DNA of 64,000 nt from an uncultured delta proteobacterium (lineage in GTDB: Bacteria > Desulfobacterota > Desulfuromonadia > Desulfuromonadales > JACZKF01). The stretch is from the NCBI GenBank assembly GCA_963816395.1, contig CAWFKQ010000013.1, positions 32,001 to 96,000 on the forward strand. Direction: 5' to 3'. A program made the translations under genes and the position numbers. The notes beneath the pieces are model-generated. The model saw nothing but the letters and a program-made list of their open reading frames with translations, was not told the DNA's origin and searched no databases. Shown in pieces: positions 53,901-64,000 of the stretch; within the stretch, counting starts at the first letter, position 1, and every line of letters begins with the position of its first letter.

Positions 53901-56647
53901 GCAATCCCCTCGCCCCCTGCGGGGGAAGGGTCCCGGTGAGGGCCAACTGCCTGCTCCCCCTCACCCCAGCCCTCTGGCGCAAGGGAGAGGCGAGCGAATG
54001 GATCACCATCCGCAACGCCCGCGAGCACAACCTGCGGGGGGTGGACATCAGCATTCCCCGCGACCGCTTCACCGTCATCACCGGCGTCTCCGGCAGCGGC
54101 AAGAGCACGGTCGCCTTCGACATCCTCTTCGCCGAGGGGCAGCGCCGCTACCTGGAGTCGCTCAACGCCTACGCCCGGCAGTTCGTGCAGCCGGCCGCCC
54201 GCCCGGACGTCGACGCCATCGCCGGCATCCCGCCGACGGTCGCCATCGAGCAGCGCACCAGCCGCGGCGGGCGCAAGAGCACGGTGGCCACCCTCACCGA
54301 GATCTATCACTTCCTGCGCCTGCTCTACGTCAAGCTCGGCACCCAGCACTGCCCCGACTGCCGGCTGCCGATCGAGCCGCAGACCCGGGAGGCGATCCTG
54401 GCGGCGATCCTGCAGCGCTGGCGCGGCCGCCCGGTGACCCTGCTCGCCCCCCTGGTGACGGCGCGCAAGGGGCTCTACACCGATCTGGCCAAGTGGGCGG
54501 CCGGCAAGGGCTACGCTCACCTGCGGGTGGACGGGGAATTCCTCCCCACCGGCGAGTGGCCGCGCCTCGACCGCTTCCGCGAGCACAGCATCGAGCTGCC
54601 GGTGGGGGAGGCGGTGGCGGCCGCGGAGGGGGAGGAAACACTGCGGGAGTTGCTCGGCCGCGCCCTCGACTACGGCAAGGGGCTGGTGCAGGTGCTGGCT
54701 GCCGGAAGAGGACGCGCAGCCGGCCGTCTTCTCCACCCGACGGGCCTGCCCGGGGTGCGGCCGCAGCTTCGGCGAGCCGGACCCGCGCCTCTTCTCCTTC
54801 AACTCCAAGCACGGCTGGTGCCCGCGCTGCTACGGCACCGGCCTGGTGCTGCCCGGCTTCGACGCCGAGCAGACCGGCGAAGAGATCTGGTGGAACGCCT
54901 GGTGGGAGGGGGAGGAGAAGAGCTGCCCGGCCTGCGCCGGCCAGCGGCTGCGGCCGGAGGCGCTGGCGGTCACCTTCCGCGGGCGCAGCATCGCCGAGCT
55001 GACCGCCCTGCCGGTGACCGCCGCCGAGGATTTCTTCCAGCGGCCTGCAGCTGCAGGGGCGGGAAGAGCCGATCGCCCGCGACATCCTGCCGGAGATCGA
55101 CTCGCGGCTGCCAGTTCCTGCGCGAGGTGGGGCTCGGCTACCTCGGCCTCGACCGCGCCGCCCCCACCCTCTCCGGCGGCGAGGCGCAGCGCATCCGCCT
55201 GGCCGCCCAGCTCGGCTCCAACCTGCGCGGGGTCTGCTACATCCTCGACGAGCCGACCATCGGCCTGCACCCCCGGGACAACGAGATGCTCCTCGCCACC
55301 CTCGGCCGCCTGGAGGGGAAGGGGAACACGGTGGTGGTGGTCGAGCACGACGAGGAGACGATCCGCCGGGCCGAACACGTGATCGATCTCGGTCCCGGCG
55401 CCGGGGTGAACGGCGGGCATGTGGTGGCCGCCGGCACGGTGGCCGAGCTGATGCGCCATCCCGAGTCGGTGACCGGCCGCCTGCTGGCCGAGCCGCTGCG
55501 CCACCCCATCGCCAGCCGGCGGCCCACGGACCCGAAAACGCCGGCGCTGGAGGTCGTCGGCGCCCGCCTGCACAACCTGCAGGAACTGCGGGTGCGGTTC
55601 CCCCTCGGGCGGCTGGTCGGCGTCACCGGCGTCTCGGGCAGCGGCAAGAGCACCCTGGTGCGCCAGGTGCTCTACGACAACCTGCGCCGCCTGCTCAACG
55701 CCGGGCGGGGGAGACGGAGCCGGCCCTGCGCGGCTGCGCCGGGATCGGCGGCTGGCAGGCGGTGGGGCGGGTGCTGGAGGTGGATCAGACGCCGATCGGC
55801 AAGACGCCCCGCTCCTGCCCGGCGACCTACGTCGGCTTCTGGGACGCCATCCGCCGGCTGTTCGCCGGCACCCCGGAGGCGCGCATGCGCGGCTACGGCC
55901 CGGGGCGCTTTTCCTTCAACGTGCGCGGCGGGCGCTGCGACGGCTGCGACGGCCAGGGAATGAAGAAGATCGAGATGAGCTTCCTCCCCGACGTCAGCGT
56001 CCCCTGCGAGGTCTGCGGCGGCGCCCGCTTCAATCCGGAGACGCTGCTGGTCACCTTCAAGGGGAAGACGATCGCCGAGGTGCTGGCGATGAGCGTCGAC
56101 GAGGCGACCGGGTTCTTCGCCGCCCAGCGCCAGATCCACCACACCCTGCGGCTGCTGCAGGATGTCGGCCTCGGCTATCTCACCCTCGGCCAGCAGAGCC
56201 CGACCCTCTCCGGCGGCGAGGCGCAGCGGATCAAGCTGGTCACCGAGCTGGCCAAGGCGAAGACGCCCGGCAGACGGGAGCCGCACGGGCCCGCCGCGCC
56301 GAGGCCCAAGGCACGCCACCCTCTACATCCTCGACGAGCCGACCATCGGCCTGCACATGGCCGACGTGGAGAAGCTGGTGCGGGTGCTGCACCGGCTGGC
56401 GGACGCCGGCAATACGGTGGTGGTGATCGAGCACAACCTGGACGTCATCGCCGAGGCGGACTGGCTCATCGACCTCGGGCCGGAAGGGGGAGACGGGGGA
56501 GGGCGGCTGGTCGCCGAAGGGACGCCCGAAATGGTCGCCCGGGTGCGCCGGGATTCGCATACCGCCGCCTTTCTCGCCGATTTTATGCGCCAGCGCGGCG
56601 GCGAGAACGCGCCGGCGCCAGCCGCAGGCGGAGACAAAAAACGATAA
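50977..56647 (+). CDS. uvrA: Double-length (tandem) UvrA excinuclease subunit A (many frameshifts)
   Basis: Four GVSGSGKS Walker A motifs, two EGQRRY.E motifs, four LSGGE signatures, Zn-finger CxxC pairs. Confidence 0.92.
52176..52262. repeat. REP-like hairpin doublet lying in frame within uvrA
   Basis: GGGGACAGGCTCCGC-gcca-GCGGTGCCTGTCCCC and GGGGACAGGCACCTTTT-ctgcg-AAAAGGAGCCAGTCCCC; 87 nt. Confidence 0.8.
53905..53993. repeat. CCCCTC/GAGGG-type palindromic element in the linker between the two UvrA halves
   Basis: TCCCCTCGCCCCCTGCGGGGGAAGGG..GGTGAGGG..CCCCCTCACCCCAGCCCTCT..GGGAGAGG. Confidence 0.75.
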
Positions 56648-57700
56648 TCCAAACCCGGGAAAGAATCCTTCTCTTCAGCCTTCTACTGCTCACCGTCCTG
56701 CTTCTGGGGATCGATCTCCGCCTGCCGCTTGGCATTGCCGGCGGGGTGCCATATGCGGCGGTGGTTCTGCTGTCCGCCTGGTCCGTGAACCGGCGGCTGC
56801 CCCTTTGCATGGCCGCCGTCTGTACCGCGTTGACCCTCGGCGGTCTCTTCTGGTCGCCAGCCGGCGGCAGTCCGGGGCAGGTATTCACCAACCGCGGGCT
56901 CGCCATATGCATCCTCTGGTCACTGGCATATTCGCCTATCTCCGCCGCCGGACGGAGGAGGCGCCTTCGCGAAAACGGAATCTAGCCACGGAAAAGATGG
57001 CTGATAAATCTGAATCAATGCCTTCGTGCGTACCGTCTCGCACGACCTGCGCAGAGGGCTGACACCAAAGATCATATGCCATTTTTTGCGGAGGGTTTAG
57101 CCCCCTTTGGTTGTTGAGGGGAGAGCCGTGGTGACCGAAAATCGAGAATAACGGTCGACGGATGCTTGCTCTGCTCGAGGATCTTCTGGCTCTGGCCCGG
57201 ACCGGACATGTGGAACCGCCGGTGGAGGCGGTCGATGTGCAGCGCCTGGTGGACGGCCTGCTGGCGGCCCGCCAGGAAGCGGCAATGGCGGAGGGCGCCC
57301 TCATTCACCGCGGCCAACTCCCCCCGGCCGCGGTGCCGGAGAGCCTGCTCGATGCAGATCTTCGCCAACCTGATCGACAACGCCATCCATTATGCCGGAC
57401 GGGCAGGCCACATAGAGATCGGCGGCGAGCGCGAGGGGAAAACAGTGTTCTATTTTCAAGTCCTTGAAAATGCCGGGAATTTCGGATTTGATCCGAGAAT
57501 TTTCAATGCGTTTTTTAGCGTTTTCACCGACCGGTCGCGGATCGGCAGCGGTGTCGGCTTGGCCATCGTGCGCAAGATCGCCGCCCATTACGGCGGCCGC
57601 GCCTGGGTTGAGGAGACGCCGGGCGGCGGCAGTACTTTCCGGGTGGAGATGATTGATGCCGGGCCGCCGAGGGCAGACAGTCGAGGCTGTCGCCCACGCC
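56645..57700 (+). pseudogene. Degraded membrane sensor histidine kinase
   Basis: TM segment [14 protein letters not shown] with no ATG; stop at 56985; H-box AFVRTVSHDLR (~57020-57052) then stop; N-box QIFANLIDNAIHY; G2 GSGVGLAIVRKI; G1 box absent. Confidence 0.75.
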
Positions 57701-57708
57701 CATCTCCC

Positions 57709-60700
57709 TCATGCCAGGGGCCTCCCCCATTCCCGCCGCCAATCCCCGGTAATCCCGCTCGAAACCGCAGGCCCGCAGAAATCCCAAGGGGGAATCCGCG
57801 GCCGGTACCCCGTCGATCTTCTCGATGGTGAGCAGCCCCCGCCAGCCGCCGCGGGGGAGGCGGCGCAGGGCGCGGCAGGCGGCGGCCAGCGCTGCCTCGT
57901 CCGTCCCCGCGGGGAAAGTGGTCAGCTGCCGGCCGCCCGGGGCCAGGTAAAGAACCGGCCGGCCGGCGACCAGCACCACCCAGGCGCCGGCCACCCGCCG
58001 CGGCCGGCTGCCTTCGCCGCCACCAACTGCCGGCCAGGGGAGCAGGGCGCCGAAGGGGTTGGCGGGGTCGAGAGCGGCGAGAATCTGTACTTCTCCATCC
58101 CATACCCTCCTGCTGGCGGAACTCCCGCAGCCAGTCGATGGCGCCCGGTAGGGCGAACTGGGCGCCGGCGAGTCCTTCGACGAAGTAGCCGCGGCGTACC
58201 CGGCCGGCTTCCTCCATCGCCTGCAGGACCTTGTACAACGGGCCGAACCCGCCGCCCAGTTCCTCGCTCTGGGCCGCTTCGCGGCTGACAATCCCGTAGC
58301 GCTCCAGGAGCATCTCCGCCCGCGCCAGTGCCCGCTCGGTCTCGCCGAGGCGCGGATCGCGCAGATGGCGCACCAGCGACCAGCGGCCGCCGGCCAGGGG
58401 CTGTCCGGCACGCTGCCGGCCGCGGGCGGTGCGGGGCAATGGCCGGCCGAGGGCGCGCAGAGGGGCGAAGGTGTCGTTGGTGACCAGGCCCGCCCACACC
58501 AGCTCCCACAGGGCGGCGCGGAAGTCGGCGCCGGTAGCTCCGGGGCAGGCGCCGCGCACCGCCGTCTCCAGTTCCACCAGGAAGGAGGCGCCGCGCTGTT
58601 CCAGGTGCGTCAGGATGGCGGCGGCCAGCGCCCCCGTCGGCGCTTCTGCCGGCTCCGGCGGCAGCAGCCGGGCGGCCTGTTCCCGCCGGTAGAGGACGAT
58701 GCGGCCGTCCCGCTTTCCCAGGCGTCCCTGCCCCACCCAGACGATGCGGCCGGCGGCGGCGAGCAGGTCGAGCTGGTCGACGGTGAAGCCGCTCACCCGC
58801 TGCGGCAGCAGGACGGTGGCCAGCAGAGACCAGGGGAGGGGCAATCCCTCCAGTTGGGCGACCGTCTCGAGAAGCCGCTGGCTACCGCCGCGGTTGCCGC
58901 CGATCCCCTGCCAGGCTGGCAGAAAGCGGGCCAGCGCCGCCGCGTCCACCGCCTCCGCCTCCCGCCGCAGGCGGGCCAGGGTGCGCCGGCGCAGACGGCG
59001 CAACACCTCGGTATCGCACCAGTCCGGCTCAGCGCCCCCCGGGCGGATCTCGCCGCGCACCAGCACCCCCTCACGTTCCAAAGCGCGCAGCGCCGATTCC
59101 ACCAGCGCCGGTCGCAGACCGAAGCGGGCGGCCGCCTGAACGCCGAGGAAGGGGCCGTGGTGACGGGCGAAGCGGCGCAGCAGGTCCTCGAGGGGATGCT
59201 CCGCCGGTTCGAGAAAGGAATCGGGCAGGCCGGTCGGTAGCCGGACGCCGAGGGCGTCGCGATAGCGGCCGGCGTCCTCGGCGGCGATCCAGCGCCGCTC
59301 TCCCGCCACTGCGATTTCGGCGGCGCGCCGCTGGCGCTGCAGCTCCGTCAGCCACGGGCGGGGATCGCCGGTGCAGCGGGCGGCGAGCTCCGTCTCCGTG
59401 AGATCGCCCAGGCGGCGCAGCAGGTCGTGCAGTTCATCGAGGTCGACGGCCCGGCGGTCGGCCGCCAGGTGCTGCAGCTCCGCTTCCACCTCGGCCACCG
59501 CCTCCGGGTCGAGCAGTTCCCGCAGCTCGGGCTGCCCCAACAGCTCCCCGAGCAGGCGGCGGTCGAGGGTGAGGGCCTGCGCCTTGCGCTCGGCCAGAGG
59601 GGCATCCCCCTCGTAGAGAAAGGCGGCGACCCAGGCGAAGACGAGGGAGCGGGCGAAGGGGGAGGCGGTCGGGGTCTCCACCGCCGTCACCTCGATCTGG
59701 CGGCGGCGCACCTGGCGCAGCAGCGCCTTCAGCGAGGGCAGGTCGAAGAGGTCGGAGAGGGCTTGCCGGTAGGTCTCCAGCACCACCGGGAAGTCGGGAT
59801 AGCGGCGCACCGCGGCGAGCAGCTGCTGCGCCTTCTGGCGCTGCGCCCACAGCGGCCGGCGGCGGTCGGGGCGGCGGCGCGGCAGGAGCAGGGCGCGGGC
59901 GGCGTTTTCCCGGAACAGACCGGCGAACAAGGCGGTATCGGCGAGCTGGGCGGTGACCAGCTCTTCTACCTCCTCCGGAGCGGGGAAGAGCAGGTCGACC
60001 GGCGGCAGCTCCTCGGCATCGGCCAGGCGCAGGACGATGCCGTCGTCGGTGTACATCATCTGCATCGCGAAGCCGCCGCGCTCCGCGAAGCGGCGCTGCA
60101 GGGCCATCGCCCAGGGGGCGTGCAGGGGTACGCCGAAGGGGGATAGAATGCAGATCCGCCAGTCCCCCAGTTCGTCGCGGAAACGCTCGACGGTGATGGC
60201 GCGGTCGGTGGGCAGGGTGCCGGTGTGCGCCTGCTGCTCGGCCAGGTAGGCGGCGAGGTTCTCGGCGGCAGGGCGGTCCAGGGGTGTTTCCGCCAGCAGG
60301 CGGCGCACGGCCTCGGCCGGCGGCAGGGCGCCGATCTCGCGGACGAAGGCGCCGAGAGCCCGACCGAGCTCGACCGGCCTTCCGGGTCCCTCGCCGTGCC
60401 AGAAGGGGAGGCGCCCCGGCTGGCCGGGGGCGGGGGAGACGATGACCCGGTCATGGGTGATCTCCTCCACCCGCCAGGTGCTGGCGCCGAGCAGGATGTT
60501 GTCGCCGGGGCGGCTTTCGAAGACCATTTCCTCATCGAGCTCCCCCAGACGCGGCCCGTCCGGCCCGAGCCGCACCGGGTAATTGCCGCGGTCGGGGATG
60601 GTGCCGGCGTTCATCCGCGTCAGCAGGAGGGTGCCGCGCCGGGGGGAGAGCAGGTCGTGGTCCCGGTCCCAGGCGAGCAGCGGCCGCAGGTCGGCGAATT

Positions 60701-62105
60701 CGGAGGAGGGATAATGGCCGGAGAGCATCTCCAGCACCGCCTGCAGGGCGCCGTCGGTCAGCTCCCGGAAGGGCCAGGCGCGGCGGACCAGGGCGCCGAT
60801 CTCCGCCGGCGTGTGCGGCCGCTCGCAGCAGAGGGCTGCCACCTGCTGGGCGAGCACGTCCAGGGGATTCTTCGGTATCCGCAGCGCCTCGATCTCGCCG
60901 CGCCGCATGCGCCCGGCAACCACCGCGCACTCCAGGAGATCGCCGCGGAACTTGGGAAAGATGCGCCCGACGCTCACCGCCTCCACCCGGTGGCCGGCGC
61001 GACCGATGCGCTGCAGACCGCGCGCCACCGAGCCCGGCGATTCCACCTGCAGCACCAGGTCGACCGCGCCCATGTCGATGCCCAGCTCCAGGGAGCTGGT
61101 GGCGACGATGCCGCGCAGGCTGCCGTCCTTGAGCCCTTCCTCGATCGCCAGCCGCCGCTCGCGGGAGACGCTGCCGTGATGGGCGCGCACCAGCTCCTCG
61201 CCGGCCAGTTCGTTCAGGCGCCTGGTCAGCCGCTCGCACAGGCCGCGGCTGTTGACGAAGACGATGGTGGCGCGGTTGGCGCGGATCTGCGCCAGCAGGG
61301 CGGGGTAGATGGCCGGCCAGATTCCCCGCTCCCCCGTCCGACCCGTTTCGTCGACCGCTGCCGGGGGATGCTCCATGTCGGACACCGGCACGGCCACTTG
61401 CAGGTCGAGCCGCGGCGGCGCCGCGGCGTCCACCACCGTCACCGGCCGGCCGCCGCCGAGGAAGCTGGCGATCTCCGCCGTCGGTCTTACGGTGGCGGAG
61501 AGGCCGAGGCGCTGCGGGTCGGTGCCGGTCAGGTCCGCCAGGCGCTCCAGGGAGAGGGAGAGATGGCTGCCGCGCTTGCTCGGGGCGAGGGCGTGCACCT
61601 CGTCGACGATCACCGTGCGTACCGTGCGCAGGGTATCGCGGGCCTGCGAGCCGAGGAGCAGAAAGAGGGATTCCGGGGTGGTGACCAGGATGTCGGCCGG
61701 TTGACGCATCTGCTGCCGCCGTTCGCGCGGCGGGGTGTCGCCGGTGCGCACGTCCACCCGCAGCGCCCGGACGGCCGTCCCCAGGCGTTCGGCGGTGCGC
61801 TCGATGCCGGCCAGCGGCGCCCGCAGGTTGCGCTCGATATCGTAGACCAGCGCCTTCAGCGGCGAGACATAGAGAACCCGCACCCCGGGTTCGGTTCCCG
61901 GCGGCAGGCGGCCGAGGCTGTCGATCGCCCAGAGGAAGGCGGCCAGCGTTTTGCCGCTGCCGGTGGGGGCGATGAGCAGCGCGTGGCCGCCGCCGGCGAT
62001 CGCCTGCCAGCCGCGTCGCTGCACCTCGGTCGGACCGGGGAACGTCTCGGTGAACCAGGCGCGCACGGGGGTGCTGAAAGAGGAGTGCAGCAAGGAAGCG
62101 GCCAT
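57709..62105 (-). CDS. lhr: Lhr-family large ATP-dependent helicase (3' frameshifts; end approximate)
   Basis: APTGSGKT, YVSPLKAL, DEVH, GLSAT, TSSLELGIDMG, QRIGRAGH, GTIPDRG, LDEEMVFE, RRGYFVEGL. Confidence 0.93.
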
Positions 62106-62157
62106 GAAGCCAGCATAACACGGCGCGGTCAGGGTGGTGGAGAGGGACGGGTCGTAT

Positions 62158-62198
62158 GCAAAAAAGGAGGGCGGCTCCGGGCCGCCCTCCCTTTTTGC
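62158..62198. terminator. Intrinsic terminator upstream of lhr
   Basis: AAAAAAGGAGGGCGGC-tccgg-GCCGCCCTCCCTTTTT. Confidence 0.75.
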
Positions 62199-62306
62199 CA
62201 TGGAAACGAAGCTTTATTGCAGTACACCGGTGATGGTCGCTCCGTCGGAGCAGCGATTACTCCCCCTATTAATCTCGCGGACGGATGATTTGCAGGAAGG
62301 TGGTTT

Positions 62307-62346
62307 AAAAAACGGGGAAGGACGTCCATGCCGCCTTCCCCGCTTT
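62307..62346 (-). terminator. Intrinsic terminator of pepF-like gene
   Basis: Minus strand CGGGGAAGG..CCTTCCCCG-TTTTTT. Confidence 0.75.
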
Positions 62347-62357
62347 GCGGTCTGCTG

Positions 62358-64000
62358 TTACGCTCCCCCCACCAGAGCTTTCAGCTCGTCGAGCAGGGTA
62401 CGCACGAAATCGTACCCCTTCTGCCAGAAATCGGGATCCGCCAGATCGATCCCCAGCGGCTTCAGCAGCTCCTGCGGCGCCCGGCTGCTGCCGGCGGCCA
62501 GCAGATCCAGATATTTCGGAACAAAGGAAGTCCCCTCCTCCAGATATTTCTGGTACAGGGCCAGCACCAGCAGTTCGCCGAAGACATAGCTGTAGCAGTA
62601 GAAACGGGCGTGGATGAAGTGGCTGATGTAGCTCCAGCCCCAGCGGTAGGGCTCGAGCATCTCCACGCTGTCGCCGAACAGCTTCTGGTTCTCCTCCCAC
62701 CAGATCCGGCTGTAATCCTCCGGGGCGAGCAACCCTTTACGGCCCGTTCACGATGGGCGGCGAGTTCGAAACGGGTGAGGGCATTCTGCCGGAAGGTCGT
62801 GGCGTAGATGTCCTCCAGGCGGGCGCAGAGCAGTTCGATCTTCAACTGCCGGTCGGCTTCCCGGCCGAGCAGGTGCCGGGTCAGCAGCATTTCGCCGAAG
62901 ACGCTGGCCGTCTCCGCCATCGGCAGCGGAGCATGATAATGGAAGATGTTCTGCTTCTGGGAAAGGGAGGAATGCACTCCGTGCCCGAGTTCATGCGCCA
63001 GGGTGGCCACGTCCCGCAGGTTGCCGGTGAAGTTGAGCAGCAGGTAGGGTGGGAGCCCCGGCAGCATCCCCTGGCAGAAGGCGCCGCCGCTTTTCCCCGG
63101 GCGGGGGAGAGCATCGATGCGGCGCTCGTCGAAAAAGGCGGCGCCGACCTCCGCCAGGCGGGGGGAGAAGCCGGCGAAAGCGGCCAGAACCAGCTCTTTC
63201 GCCTCGCCAAAGGAATAGTGCCGACTGGCGCCGCCGATCGGTGCATAGATATCGGTGTTGCGCATCCGCTCCAGGCCCAGGAGTTGCCGCTTCACCTCGA
63301 AATAGTCCCGGGCCAGACCGTAGTTGGCTTCGGTCACCTCCATCAGCCGCGCCACCATGGCCGGCTCGGTTTCACTCGCCAGGTGGGTAGGTGTCATGAT
63401 GTCGGGATAACGGCGCAGTTCGACTTCCTTGGCGTGGTCGAGGAGCAGATTGTTGAAGCAGCTGGTCAGGACCAGGGCATGCTCAGCGTGCCGCGTCATA
63501 AAGGTCGTGAAAGCGCGCTCCCGGACGTGCCGCTCCGGATGATGGAGCAGGGCCAGCAGCTCCTCGCCGGTCACTTCCCGCTCCGCCTCTTCGCCGGGCA
63601 GGCGAAACAGATAGCGGAAGGAAGCGGTCAGCTCTTCGAACAACTGGACGAAGGCCTCGCGGCCGGAGAGGTCCTTGCGCTTGAGGACCTGCTCCACCTC
63701 CTCCGAGAGGGTGAAGGGGGCATGGGCGCGCAGGCGCTGCAGATAATGGGTATAGACGACGACTTCCGGCTCCTTGAGCAGGGCCGCGAAGCGCTCCTCG
63801 TCGATGGCCAGAATCTCCAGCTCAAAGAAGATGACTTCTTCGCTGACCGCGGTCCATAATTCACGGACCTGCGACAACATTGCCCGATGGCGGGGAGACG
63901 TGGTATCGGCGGCAAACAGGAGCTGGGCGTAGAGGTAGGGCTTGAGCCCCAGCCGCTGCAGCTCCTCATAGTTCTTCAGGGCCGCCGCCAGCAGGTCGGA
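62358..64000 (-). CDS. M3 family oligoendopeptidase F (5' end outside window; frameshift near 62735)
   Basis: PRPGKSGGAFC, TLAHELGHGVH (HExxH), AETASVFGE, WSYISHF..FYCYSYVFG. Confidence 0.92.

Noticed and set aside
62200..62300. Assignment as yybP-ykoY or fluoride riboswitch, tmRNA, SRP or 6S RNA
   Set aside because: Only fragments (GGGGAGTA; GGTGATGG) match; the remaining conserved elements were not found.

Overview
High-GC chromosomal core region, most consistent with a Desulfuromonadales (Desulfuromonas/Geobacter-like) deltaproteobacterium; this is inferred from gene content, not from a marker gene. It encodes a bidirectional NAD-linked [NiFe] hydrogenase operon (hoxEFUYH + protease), a membrane-bound group 1 [NiFe] hydrogenase (small, large, cytochrome b, protease), two paralogous DUF4492-cydA-cydB-small-ORF cytochrome bd operons and an ImcH-like 7-heme cytochrome. 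Other metabolic genes are pckA, tkt, a rhodanese-fused CoA-disulfide/persulfide reductase, an AlaA-like aminotransferase, gshA and a GGCT. Repair and housekeeping genes include archease-rtcB, a JAB-DinG helicase, a double-length UvrA, Lhr, Prc, PepF and a MacAB-like exporter. About 20 ordinary genes carry single-base frameshifts, which looks like uncorrected long-read error, so boundaries of split genes are approximate. No rRNA, tRNA, CRISPR, transposase or prophage was seen. Top unannotated signal: a complete ribosome-mediated attenuator (promoter, Ala-rich leader peptide, antiterminator, terminator) in front of the alanine-transaminase-like gene. Also notable are two homologous ~30-aa membrane ORFs ending both cyd operons and a 4-copy nested palindromic ~200-bp element. 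Several short-period hairpin repeat families occur, some inside uvrA and a histidine-kinase remnant, and at least five genes have a leaderless -10/ATG architecture.
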